The notes under the pieces: generated by a model | Databases searched by the model: none | Seen by the model: only the letters and a program-made list of their open reading frames with translations | What the model was told of the DNA's origin: nothing | Made by a program: the position numbers and the translations under genes | In this document: piece by piece, positions 13,880 through 25,506 of the stretch | How positions within the stretch are numbered: the stretch's first letter is position 1 | Layout: each line of letters begins with the position of its first letter | Origin: Chiloscyllium plagiosum | Lineage: Eukaryota | Direction of reading: 5' to 3' | DNA length: 56,724 nucleotides | Assembly (NCBI RefSeq): GCF_004010195.1 | Contig: NC_057718.1 | Coordinates: forward strand, 32,006,980 to 32,063,703

Positions 13880-14835
13880 ACCAAAACTCACTTCCACAAC
13901 CATATCACATTCCTCAGTGACTGCCTCCGGCTCAGACTCAACCCACGTGGATTCTAACTCCAGTTTCATCGTTTGTGTTTGAATTCTCCCAGGATCACAC
14001 TTATCTCCGTAATGTTCAACATTCCTCAGAGAGTGGTTCTCGCCACATCGCTGGCCAAAATCTCTGTCTCAGGCTTGTTGCAGTGCTCCACTGAAGTTCA
14101 GCACAAGCTGGAAGAACTGCACCTTGTTTTCTGCTTCAGAACCCTGGAACCTTCTGGACTTAATATTCAGTTCAACAACTTTAGGGCTTGAGCAAGCATC
14201 TTTCCTCAAGCTTACTCCCACCCACACACACCAGACCTTGTCATTACATGAGCTGTTATCACACCCTACCCATTGTCAGCTGTTAATTGTCCTCATTAGC
14301 AGTTATTTATTCCCTAGACTGACCTTGAATTGCTCCTTTATCTGTCCAGCTGTTTTTCTCTCTGGGCTCTATCTATACCTATTGTTGTTTACTCTCCCAC
14401 CACTCCATCTTCTGTATAAAAACTATCCTTTTCCTAGCATCCATCACTTCTGACAAAGGGTCACTGGACCTAAAATGTTAAGATTAGATTACTTACAGCG
14501 TGGAAACAGGCCCTTCGGCCCAACAAGTCCACACCAACCCTCCAAAGAGCAACCCATCCCCCTACATCTAACACTACAGGCAATTTAGCATGGTCATTTC
14601 ACCTAACCTGCACATTTTTGGACTGTGGGAGGAAACCCATGCAGACACAGGGAGAATGTGCAAACTCCACACAGACAGTTGCCTGAGGTGGGAATTGAAC
14701 CCAGGTCTCTAGCACTGTGAGGCAACAATGCTAACCACTGTACCACCATGCTGCCCTTTTATTTCTCTCCGCAGATGCTGACAGACCTGCTGAGCTTTCA
14801 TAGCAATTTCTGTTTTTGTTTCCAATTTCCAATAT
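13880..14835 (+). mobile_element. Internally deleted Penelope-like element (N-terminal motif joined to GIY-YIG C-terminus and pLTR), interrupted by a SINE at 14481-14756
   Basis: HITFLSDCLRLRLNPRGF (PLE N-terminal motif, ~13900), then LQCSTEVQHKLEELHLVFCFRTLEPSGLNIQFNNFRA* (GIY-YIG C-terminus, ends 14191). Degenerate hammerhead CTGACAAAGGGTCACTGGACCTAAAATGTT at 14450-14479. pLTR tail CAGATGCTGACAGACCTGCTGAG resumes at 14757. Confidence 0.75.
14481..14756 (-). mobile_element. HE1-type SINE nested in the Penelope pLTR
   Basis: (AGATT)n tail at left, V-domain core, tRNA-like head ending ~14756. Confidence 0.9.
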
Positions 14836-14859
14836 CCGCTATTTTTTGGTGATTTGTGA

Positions 14860-15120
14860 TTGATGAGGATCCTTTGCAATTTTCCCTGAGGTAGACGGCA
14901 TGGAGACCCCTCTGTAGTTAGTACGATCAGACTTGTCTCCCTTCTTAAGTATAGTCATGATCAGAGTGTCTCTGAGATCTCCCAATAAGTTGTCTCTTCT
15001 GAGATGAGGCATATTTGCTTTTGCAGGAGTGCATATCATCAGTGTATTTAAACATTTCAGCAGGGATTCCATCTGTTTTAGAAGCTTTGTTGTTCTTCAT
15101 CTCTCAAAAGACATTTTCAC
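14860..15120 (-). mobile_element. RTE-clade LINE, start of RT domain
   Basis: ORF 14839..15072(-) contains DLRDTLIMTILKKGDKSDRTNYRGVSMPSTSGK (the KKGD..NYRGIS RT motif). Confidence 0.8.
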
Positions 15121-16532
15121 CTTTTCTTTGGACTGAGGAGCAGATTTCACAACATCAGAACACATGCAATCCTGCATGAAATATTGTATTCTGTGCTGAT
15201 TTATAACTTTGCTTCTGGCTGGTTATTTAATGATATGTAGTGATCAGCGAGGAGAAAGCTACGCCTTTGCATTGACTGGGTATTAATGTAGCTCAACCTG
15301 CCAGCAGAAAGAAAAATTGATGAGTTCTGAATTCATCAGCTGCCAGGAAGAATGTAGTTTGCTAAAGCGTTTGTAAAGCATATATCTGTGTTAGTCTTAA
15401 CACTGAAGAAACATGCAGGCTATCTTGTTTTCCGTGTAATCGCTGTGCTTAAGCATTAAGACATTAAGCCATTTTCTAATGATCTGCAACTTGCAAACGA
15501 GAACATCAGAGAAGCAGACAGGCAAGATTTGATAATAGAAATTCATCAACTGAAACAATTTGGTATACCCTCAGGATGTGATCATGCTATACAAATCCAA
15601 CTTCATTCGTAACATGTTTTAGAAGCTGCTTAAGTAACAAATCCTCTAAAATCATGTGAAAAGCCAAAATTAAAATTATTCTACTGAAAGCTCTCATGCC
15701 GAATATTAGCTGATCTTTTATGTTTTCCAAAGGTGCCTGTACTTACTGTGTCTTGCCAATGTTTTCAGATTTCAATTTTCTAGCATCTGTAAACACTAAA
15801 ACCTATTTGAATTACCTTTCTCTCTTCTTAACTGAAGATCTTGAGGCCTGATTGAGATAAGATAATAGGTATGAATGTATTACAATATTTTGACTTGCAC
15901 CAGATGCATAATGTCAAGAAATATTTTTCCAAAATAGCTATGATCATGAGTTTATACTGCTGATCTGTATTTCCATAAAAGCTCAAGATGTGCAGTACAT
16001 GTGTTGAACAAAATATTGCTTTTTACTGAGAGGGAACTGTCATATCATAGATCAAAACAAAGTCCTGACATCACATTAATACCATCTCCAACAACACACA
16101 TTTTAACTCAAATGGACTTAGCACAGATTTGATTGGTGTTCTGGGTATTATCCAAAGTATCACATTATCCAGTTGAGAACAAACATTGCAGAATATTTTG
16201 TGATGAAAACAGTTGGAACAAAGATGGATGAATTTTCTTATTCATTAAAGTTAGGAATACTGTTGCTGATTATATTATTTCTATGACTAGATTTGGCATA
16301 CAATTGATTCAACACAGAATAAAGATTGAGAAAAAGAGATACATAGTTGAAGCTTATTGTCTCACCCAGAAAACCAGCAAATCCTACTTAGAAAGGGAAT
16401 GATTTATACAACATGAGAAGAGAGTGCAGGTTGAGTCAGCTATGGTCCACAGAGATGCAACAGGATCTTTAACTTACAAAAATATTTTTGAATCACCCTA
16501 TTCAGGGATGTCATTACATACCTCAGGAGTAA

Positions 16533-16751
16533 AAACAATGACAGCAGATGCTGGAAACCAGATTCTGGATTAGAGTGGTGCTGGAAAAGCACAGCAGTTC
16601 AGGCAGCATCCGAGGAGCAGGAAAGCCAACGTTTCGGGCAAAAGCCCTTCATCAGGAATAGAGCTGCTCCTCGGATGCTGCCTGAACTGCTGTGCTTTTC
16701 CAGCGCCACTCTAATCCAGAATCTGGTTTCCAGCATCTGCAGTCATTGTTT
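16533..16751. mobile_element. Palindromic Penelope-derived insert (88-bp inverted arms, 43-nt loop)
   Basis: Arms 16533-16620 and 16664-16751 are reverse complements with 2 mismatches. Direct repeat ATACCTCAGGAGTAA flanks it (16518-16532, 16752-16766). Confidence 0.9.
16628..16655 (-). ncRNA. Minimal hammerhead ribozyme core
   Basis: Minus strand CTGATGA-A-GGGC(TTTT)GCCC-GAAA-CG-TT: intact CUGAUGA and GAAA boxes, 4-bp stem II, vestigial stem III, NUH triplet. Confidence 0.75.
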
Positions 16752-17654
16752 ATACCTCAGGAGTAATTTGGATTCAAACCCAGGCTCAGAGATAGGGACA
16801 CTGCCACTGCACCAAAAGAGTCACTTTAACCTCTGATTAAACCAGCAATAGATGAAGTTAGGTGTGTCACGCTGCTACATTGTGCAAGTGGTATTCCCAA
16901 CTGACAGGGTGCTGCTATCAGGCAAAAGAGACATTTTGCCGAAGATGCAAATGAATAATATGTCGTATGAGTTTCAGTGCAGGTGTGATGGTAGATGTGT
17001 AGGTTGTACATCCCGACTTAACTGAATCGAATAACATGTCACTTTGATAATCTGTAGAATGTTGACCATGCTCAACCAGCCTGTACCTGTAAGTCTCAGA
17101 ACATGTATCTAACATTTGCTATGATTCTGTTATCGTACAACAGAATGATCATGATTGTGGGAAGAATTAAACTGAAAAGCAATTTCAGATTATCAGTCAG
17201 GCTCACAGAGTGATTCATGTGTATGTGCTAGAAGACACATATGTTCAAACACAGAACTTTGTTTTTTGAGGGCTAAAGGAATTTGGCCAGATATTGCACC
17301 TTCTTCATTGAGGACAGGATTATGGACAGTGTCAATCCCTAATATACCTAGCTGGTAAGAGTTTTGAAAAACTATTTACCTCCTTTCTGCAATTATCAAG
17401 AATAAAGATTTCCTAACCTGCCTTTACCCCAACCTCAGAAGAGGTTTCTCTTCCAGTGTAAAGTTTTCAAGTAATCTTTGAGTTAGACTGCAGAGTGAAC
17501 ACAAAGGTTGAGGATGTCTGAAACACAATTGGGAACAGACCCTTTCAAGTGATGATGTTGGAAGTAATTTGTAATTTGGGTGATTATGTACTGTGGGCAA
17601 TTGGGTGGCTGAGCAAATATCACCTATTCATTCTACTTAGAACTTCGACTGCAC

Positions 17655-17757
17655 CAGTTCAAAAAAGCAACTCGCCACCACCTTCACAAAGGCAACTAAG
17701 GATACGGAATAAATGCTGGCCAGTCAGTGATACCCAATCCCACAAGTGAATAAAAAC
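17655..17757 (+). mobile_element. 3' tail of an old shark LINE/SINE family
   Basis: CACCACCTTCACAAAGGCAACTAAGGAT...ATAAATGCTGGCC...ATCCCACAAGTGAATAAAAA. The same tail appears reversed at ~34270-34460. Confidence 0.55.
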
Positions 17758-18448
17758 AAGTTATTGAAGTCAAGTTCACAGTTGTGATTTTTTGAGGGTA
17801 CGTTTTCTATTGTGTTGAGTTTGAAATTTGGAAAAGTATTATTTGTGAAATAGTATTAATGCAGAAATATTATTTTCCACAAGACCTCTGTGTTGCTTTA
17901 AAACATAGGTGTTGCAGTCCATTAAAGCAATGATTAGTAGCCCACCACTATGAAGAGGTTAACTAGTTGGCAGTCGCATTGCTGTGAGGAAGATAAAGCA
18001 AAAGAAAATCATTCCATTGTATAATTCATGTTTGAATATCCAATCTTCTCAATATTGCATTGGTGAAGGTCTCAAGTAGGATGCTAATTTGTTCTCCTAA
18101 CTGTATGGCACAATGAAAGTGCAAGAATGCTGCAAAATATGGTCAAAAGCAGAAGATGCAGCTCCTCAAAGCCATTCTGTCAGTTAGATCATGACGAATT
18201 TGTGCCTCAAATTTATTTATTGGTCTTCCTTCCACATCTCTTGATAATTTTTCCAAACAGAAATTAATTGATATCAGCCTTGAAAATGGACTGGCGGTGC
18301 GCTGCAGCTTAGCCTGGAGTGGGCAGGGGGCAGTTATGTGACACTTCTATAGTGACATTTCTTTCTGCAGAAAGCAAGATATTTTGCACAGAACTCACTG
18401 TGGCTGAACTCAGGAGTGAATGATAACATGCCTGACATGTTGCTTTAT

Positions 18449-18483
18449 CTCCCTGGCATCTACAGACTCCCTGGCATCTACAG
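18449..18483 (+). repeat. Short tandem duplication (17-bp unit twice, 1-nt spacer)
   Basis: CTCCCTGGCATCTACAG at 18449-18465 and 18467-18483. Confidence 0.9.
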
Positions 18484-19734
18484 TCCATGTGTCAAATCTT
18501 GGTTTTCTGTTTCTTCCCTTTCATCCTCCTTTGGGGACAAATCCAAATATTCATCTGCCAAATCCTTGCTTCTTTCCTGTGCTGGATTACGACCCAACCT
18601 CCCTCCCTTGATTAACCATGTCCTGATCTCCCAGGACAGTCACCAATGTAACTCAATGCAGTCACTCAACCTCCTATCCCCTGACTTCAAAAGCTCCCTA
18701 TTGAAGGAAAGGAGCTCTTACTCGGTCCAAATTCACCAGGAAGACCACTTCACCCTGAACATCCCCTTTAACCAGTCATGGGAAGGCACATGCTTCCCAC
18801 TTGCTGCCAGCACAGTCATAAAGATGCAATTTCATCTGATGCTCTTGTGTTTTAATGAGGATGTTTGAGCTGTTAATGAATTCAAAATAAGTTCTCATGT
18901 CTGACTGTTGGGAACCAGGGTCCTGCTTTAATCCATTGCCAACTTACTTCCCAACTTTCATCCGGCCATTGAGAAGCTGATATTTTTTCTCCAGAACAAT
19001 TAAGTGCCCCCTTCTGCTTCTGTCCTGCTCCTGGGACATCATTAGATTCCATCTAACCTTTGGATTAACAACCATTAATCCAAACTCTGATTTCTGATTA
19101 ACAATCATCAACTAGAAACATTACCTCTGTTTCTCTCTTGGCAAGTCCTGCCAGACTTGCTTTGCATTTTCTGTTTTTATATATATTTTAAATGCACTGT
19201 TACATTTGAATTTTTTTTCTCAGATTAAGCTAGTAAAAGTATTTTCATCATTAAAATAACCTGTTTATGTATTGGAAAGAAAATCTCTATTCAGAAATGA
19301 TCACAGTCCTGTTGCTAACTTTGTACATTGTGTAACAGTACATCATAAAGTCCAGTAAAAATCAGCAGGAATTAAGTGAGAGCTAATATACAGTTTTTTC
19401 AGCAATTATACTCAATGAAAGCATGCACTTCATTTAAGTAGGGTATCCAAGTCTCAGCTGTTACATGGAAAGTATTTGTTTTGATTTTCCTTCCATGATT
19501 TTCTGCTTGAATTTGAAAGAGTTTAGACAAAAAAATTGGAAAAGCTATATTGGAGTAGCTTAGAGCTGCATGAATTGTGGCATCATCACTGGTGTTCATT
19601 ACATGTTTGTAAAAGTATCTTTCACCTTGTAGTAAATATGCACCGCTGTCCTCCTTGGCTGAAGCACTGGATGTATTGGCCTGTTTCATTATTCTTCTTT
19701 CTTTTATTTGTTCATATGATGCGCTTATCTTCTT

Positions 19735-20990
19735 GAAATACTGCAGTGCTTGAGCTGTAGGCTCACCCCTAGTACACAGTAACAGTCCAGAAGGAAATCT
19801 CCAAGTATGGATGGTATGTGGCTTGGAGGGGAATTTGCAGATTGTAAGATTCCAATATGTTTCATGTTTTTTCTATTCTAGGGAATAGATGTTGTGGGTT
19901 TGGAAATATATGTGGACAGACCCTCCATAAGCAGCTGTAGTGCATCTTACAGCGGGCATGCATTGCTGCACTGGTGGTGAATTGTTTCACTGGTAGTGGA
20001 GTGATTTAATTTTTAAGTTAGTGGGTGAGTGCTGATTCAGTGGCTTGCTTAGTCTTAGATAGTGGAGAATGTGAGGAATGCAGATGCTGGAGAACAGAGT
20101 CAAAAGGTGTAGCGCTGGAAAAGCACAGCAGGTCAGGCAGCATCTGAGGAGCAGGCAAGTCGACATTTCAGGCATATGCCGTTCATCATTCTTGATGAAG
20201 GGCTTATGCCCGAAACATCGACTCTCCTCATCCTTGGATGCTGCCTGACCTGCTGTGCTTTTCCAGCGCCACACTTTTTGACTTTGTCTTAGATGGTGTC
20301 AAACTTCTTCACGTTTCTTAGAGCTCATACAGACAATTCTACTGTATTCTATCATACGTCTGACTTTTGTGTTGTTGATGGTGGACACGTTTTGGGAACT
20401 CTGAAATGAGTTACTTACCCTGGCACTCCTGGCCTCTAACTTGCTTTTATAATCGCATTACATAAATGGCTGGTCCAGTTAAGTTTTTGGCCTGCTCAGT
20501 GAACCCCCAGGATTTTGATGCTGAGGAATTCAGCGATGATAACGCTGTTGAACATGAATGGAAGGTAGCTAGATTCTCTTATGTTGGAAATGGCCATTAT
20601 CTGATATTGCTGTGGCATGTGGGGCTGTGGTGCATAGGTCAATGCCAGTAGCACATCTGGATTTACTCTAATTTGACTTTTCTGTTGTGATTTGATACCA
20701 CTAAGTGGCTAGCCAGGCCATTTCAGAGAGCAGTCAAGAGTCAGCTGCATTGCTGTGGCTGAGAGGACATTGTAAGGCAGGCCACGTCAGGATATCAGAA
20801 TTCCTTCCTTCAAGGGCATTCATGAACCTGGTAGATTTTTACAACAATCCAGTACAGAGATAGCTTTTTCCATTCCAGGATTATTAATTAATTAAACTTA
20901 AATTGTTACAGTTTTTGTGGCATGATTTGGCTCATGCCTTGGGGACGCTGTTCTGGGCTTTCTGATTTCTCCATCAGCAATACGCTGTTG
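19735..20990 (-). mobile_element. Old degenerate LINE 3' region plus SacSINE1/DeuSINE-like segment, split by the 20065-20285 insert
   Basis: Contains GGCTTGGAGGGGAATTTGCAG and AGTGGCTAGCCAGGCCATTTCAGAGAGCAGTCAAGAGTC. The latter block recurs at ~46140-46200. Assignment is from recalled consensus only. Confidence 0.45.
20065..20285. mobile_element. Palindromic Penelope-derived insert with two back-to-back degenerate hammerhead cores
   Basis: Inverted arms ~20098-20188 and ~20193-20284. Plus-strand TTGATGAAGGGCTTATGCCCGAAACATC at 20192-20219. Flanks GTCTTAGATAGTG (20052-20064) and GTCTTAGATGGTG (20286-20298). Confidence 0.88.
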
Positions 20991-21644
20991 TTCTCTTAAG
21001 TTGGTGAGTGCATTTTAGGTCAAACACCCTGAAGTGTTATCAAAATGTTCAGTTTTGCAGTGGCATGCTCAATATGAAATTATAGGATTCACAGGCATTA
21101 ATTTGTGAAATCTTCATAACTCTTCATGTTATTCTTCATAATGTTAAAAAAAACTCTTTTGTGTTTGGTGCTTTGAACTGTATTGTGAGAAAATAGTACT
21201 TCATGTACTCCTAAAATATGTGGAAAATGTTCATCGACTACTCCAGTTATATTTATATTAAAGATCTAATCAACAGGCCAAAGCTGATAAAAGTTCAAAC
21301 TAAATATATGCCTTCTACTATTTTAAGGAAGGAAATGCTTTACGAATTTCCTATTGCAGTTTGATCAGCAATGTTAAAGATATAGTGGGACAGTTAATGC
21401 AAATATATTTAGTCATCTTGCAGCAGGGAATGTTTGCTTTTATCTGAACAGTGTCTTCATTTGATACATGAAATTCCACCTGTATGGGTGAGCGTGAAGC
21501 TATGTACTTTAACAATCAGATAATAAATGGCTGGCAGGGAAACAGTACATTTATACAATGTCTTATCGTATTCCAAAATGTACAAAAATGAATTGCTCTT
21601 TGAAGTTGATCACTGCTGTTATGTAGCCAAATAAGATGATTAAG

Positions 21645-21720
21645 AAACAAAAGAACTACGGATGCTAGAAATCAGAAACTAAAATGGAAAATGCTGGACA
21701 AGTTTAGCAAGCCTGGCATC
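21645..21720 (-). mobile_element. Left part of a Penelope-derived pLTR fragment (continues at 25713-25770)
   Basis: GGATGCTAGAAATCAGAAACTAAAATGGAAAATGCTGGACAAGTTTAGCAAGCCTGGCATC joins ATCTGTGGAGAGAAATCAG at 25713, as in the uninterrupted copies at 34600-34700 and 45885-45995. Confidence 0.65.
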
Positions 21721-21721
21721 A

Positions 21722-22424
21722 TTTAGAACATAGAACATTACAGCACAGTACAGGCCCTTCAGCCCTCGAGGTTGCGCCACCCTGTGAAACCAATCTGAAG
21801 CCCACCTAACCTACACTATTCCATTTTCATCCATATGTCTACCCAATGCCCATTTAAATGCCCTTAAAATTGGTGAGTCTACTACAGTTGTGGGCAGTGC
21901 GTTCCATGCACTTACTACTCTCTGAGTAAAGAAACCACCTCTGACATCTGTCCTATATCTATCACCCCTCAATTTAAAGCTGTGTCCCCTCATGCAAGCC
22001 ATCACCATCCAAGGAAAAAGGCTCTCACTGTCCATCCTATCTAACCTTCTGATTATCTTGTATGTCTCAATTAGGTCACCTCTCAACCTTCTTCCCTCTA
22101 ATGAAAACAGCCTCAAATCCCTCCAAAGACCTTCCTTCAATACCAGGCAACTTCCTAGTAGATCTCCTCTGAACCCTTTCCAAAGCTTCCACATCCTTCC
22201 TATAATGCAGGGACCAGAACTGTATGCAGGACTCAAGTGTGGCCGCAACAGAGTTTTGTACAGCTGTAGCATGACCTTATGGCTCTGAAACTCAATCCCT
22301 CTACTAATAAAAACTAACACACCATCAGCCTTCTTAACAACCCTATCAATCTGAGTGGCAACTTTCAGGGGTCTATGTACATGGATACCGAGATCTCTCT
22401 GTTCATTTACAATAACAAGAATCT
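21722..22424 (-). mobile_element. CR1 LINE subfamily A, 3' end
   Basis: ORF 21811..22320(-) has MLQLYKTLLRPHL...LRLFSLEGRRLRGDLIETYKII...RGHSFKL...FFTQRVVSAWNALP. (TTCTATG)-type tail at left. Confidence 0.93.
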
Positions 22425-23910
22425 TATAGAGTCATAGAGATGTACAGCACGGAAACAGACCCTTCGGCCCAGCTCGTCCATGCCGACCAGATATCCCAAC
22501 CCAATCTAGTCCCACCTGCCAGCACCTGGCCCATATCCCTCCAAACCCTTCTATTCATATACCCATCCAGATGCCTTTTAAATGTTGCAATTGTACTAGC
22601 CTCCACCACTTCCTCTGTCCGCTCATTCCATACACGTACCACCCTCTGCGTGAAAACATTGCCCCTTAGGTCTCTTTTGTATCTTTCCCCTCTCACCCTA
22701 AACCTTTCGTTCTGGACATCCCCACCCCAGGGAAAAGATTTTGTCTTTGTATCCTATCCATGCCCCTCATGATTTTATAAACCTCTATAAGGTCATCCTT
22801 CAGCCTCCGACGCTCCAGGGAAAACAGCCCCAGGCTATTCAACCTCTCCCTATAGCTCAAACCCTCCAACCCTGGTAACATCCTTGTAAATCTTTTCTGA
22901 ATCCTTTCAAGTTTCACAACATCCTTTTGATCGGAAGAAGACCAGAATTGCACGCAATATTCCAACAGTGGCCTAACCATTGTCCTGTACTCAATACTCT
23001 GACCAATAAAGGAAAGCATACCAAACGCCTTCTACACTATCCTATCTACCTGTGACTCCACTTTCAAGGAGCTATGAGTCTGCACTTCAAGGTCTCTTTG
23101 TTCAGCAACACTCCGTAGGACCTTACCATTAAGTGTATAAGTCCTGCTAAGATTTGCTTTCCCAAAATGCAGCACCTCGCATTTATCTGAATTAAACNNN
23201 NNNNNNNNNNNNNNNNNNNNNNNNNNNNNNNNNNNNNNNNNNNNNNNNNNNNNNNNNNNNNNNNNNNNNNNNNNNNNNNNNNNNNNNNNNNNNNNNNNNN
23301 NNNNCAGCACTTCCTCCTCTGTAATATTGACATTTTTCAAGATGTCACCATCTATTTCCCTACATTCTATATCTTCCATGTCCTTTTCTACAGTAAAGAC
23401 TGATGCAAAATACTTGTTTAGTATCTGCCCCATCTCATGTTGCTCCACACAAAGGCTGCCATGCTGATCTTTGAGGGACCCTATTCTCTCCCTAGTTACC
23501 CTTTTGTCCTTAACGTATTTGTAAAAGCCTTTTGGATTCTCCTTAGCCCTATTTGCCAAAGCTATCTCATGTCTTATTTTTGCCCTCCTGATTTCTCTCT
23601 CAAATGTACTCCTACTGTCTTTATACTCTTCTAAGGATTCACTCGATCTATCCTGTCTATACCTGACATATGCTTCCTTCTTGTTCTTAACCAAACCTTT
23701 CCTTTCACCCTAACAGGAATGTACTTTCTCTGGACTTTCGTTATCTCATTTCTGAAGGCTTCCCATTTTCTAGCCGTTCCTTTACCTAGGAACATCCGCA
23801 CCCAATCTGCTTTTGAAAATTTTTGCCTAATACCATCAAAACTGGCCTTCCTCCAATTTAGAACTTCAACATTTAGATCTGGTCTAACCTTATCCATCAC
23901 TATTTTAAAA
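22425..23910 (-). mobile_element. CR1 LINE subfamily B, 5'-truncated, nested in subfamily A; contains the assembly gap
   Basis: Has its own 3' tail (CTCTATGACTCTAT on minus) at 22426. ORFs 22693..23019, 23032..23694 and 23631..23933 give CR1 ORF2 motifs (RPLLEYCVQFWS, LERRRLKDDLIEVYKIM, KCEVLHFG). Confidence 0.92.
23198..23304. other. Assembly gap (107 N)
   Basis: Run of N. Confidence 1.
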
Positions 23911-25506
23911 CTAGCCCAATACTCTGGATTCATGTTACTTCATCCAAAGTTAATCACCTCACACTTTTCCACATTAAACTCCATTTGTCACCTCTTAGCC
24001 CAGCTCTGCAGCTTATCCATGTCCCTGTGTAACCCAGAACATCTTTTGGCACTATCCACAACTCTACTGACCTTAGTGTCATCTGCAAATTTATTAACCT
24101 ATCTTTCTATGCTCTCATCTAGGTCATTTATAAAAATGACAAACAGCGGTGTCTCCAAAACAGATCCTGTGGTACACCACTAGTAACTGAACTCCAGGAT
24201 GAAGATTTCCCCCTAACCACCATCCTCTGTCTTCTTTCAGCTAGCCAATTTCTTATCTAAACTGCTAAATCACCTTCAACTCCCTGACTCTGTATCTTCT
24301 GCAATAGCCTACAGTGGGGAACCTTATCAAATGCCTTACTGAAATCCATACACACCACATCAACCACTTTACTCTCATCCACCCTTTTCATTCACCTTCT
24401 CAAAAAGCTCAATAAGGTTTGTGAGGCATGACCTACCCTTCACAAAATCATGTTGACTATCCCTAATCAACTTATTCCTTTCTAGATGATTATAAATCTA
24501 ATCTCTTATAACCTTTTCTAACACTTTACCCACAACCGAAGTAAGGCTCACTGGTCTATAATTATCAGGGTTGTCTCTACTCCCCTCCTTGGACAAGGGG
24601 ACAACATTTGCTATCTTCCAGTTTTCTGGCACTATTCCTGTAGACAACGATGACATAAATATCAAAGTCAAAAGCTCTGCAATCTTCTCCTCAGCTTCCC
24701 AAGAATAATAGGATAAATCCCATCCGGGCTAGGGACTTAGGTATTTGGAATTGCTAACACCTCCTCCTTGGGAATCGTTTCCCATCTAGTCTAGTAGCCT
24801 GTATCTCAGTATTCTTCTCAACAATATTGTCTTTTTCCAATGTGGATACTGATGAAACATATTTATTTAGCGCTTCCCCTATCTCCTCTGACTCCATGCA
24901 TGTCTTCCCACTATTATTCTTGATTGGCCCTAATCTTACTCCAGTCATTCTTTTATTCCCAATATACCTATTGAAGCCTTAGGGTTTTCCTTGACCCTAT
25001 ATGCCAATGATTTTTCATGTACCTTCCTGGCTCTTCTTAGCTCTGTCTTTAGGTCTTTCCTAGCTAACTTGTAACTCTTAAGTGCCCTAACTGAGCCTTC
25101 ATGTCTCATCCTAACATAAGCCTTCTTCTTCTTGACAAGAGTTTCAACTTATTTAATAAACCACAATTCCCTTGCTCAACTACTGCCCCCCTGCCTGACA
25201 GGTACATACTTATCAAGTACATGCAATAACTGTTCCTTCAATAAGCTCCACATTTCAATTGTGCTCATCCCCTGCAGTTTCCTTCCCTTATGCATCCTAA
25301 TTCTTGTCTAATCGCATCATGATTGCCTTTCCCCCAGCTATAACTCTCGCCCTGTGGTATATACCTATCCCCTTCCATCGCTAAAGTAAACATAATCAAA
25401 TTGTGATCACTATCACCAAAGTGCCCACCTACCTCCAAATCTAACACGTGACCGAGTTCATTTCCCAGTACCAAATCCCCCTGTTGGCCTGTCTACATAC
25501 AGGAAA

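Noticed and set aside
16533..16751. DNA-transposon MITE or pre-miRNA interpretation of the palindromes
   Set aside because: Variable 12-15 bp TSDs, asymmetric and single-arm copies, and linkage to a PLE GIY-YIG remnant favour a retro-origin. No recognisable mature miRNA.
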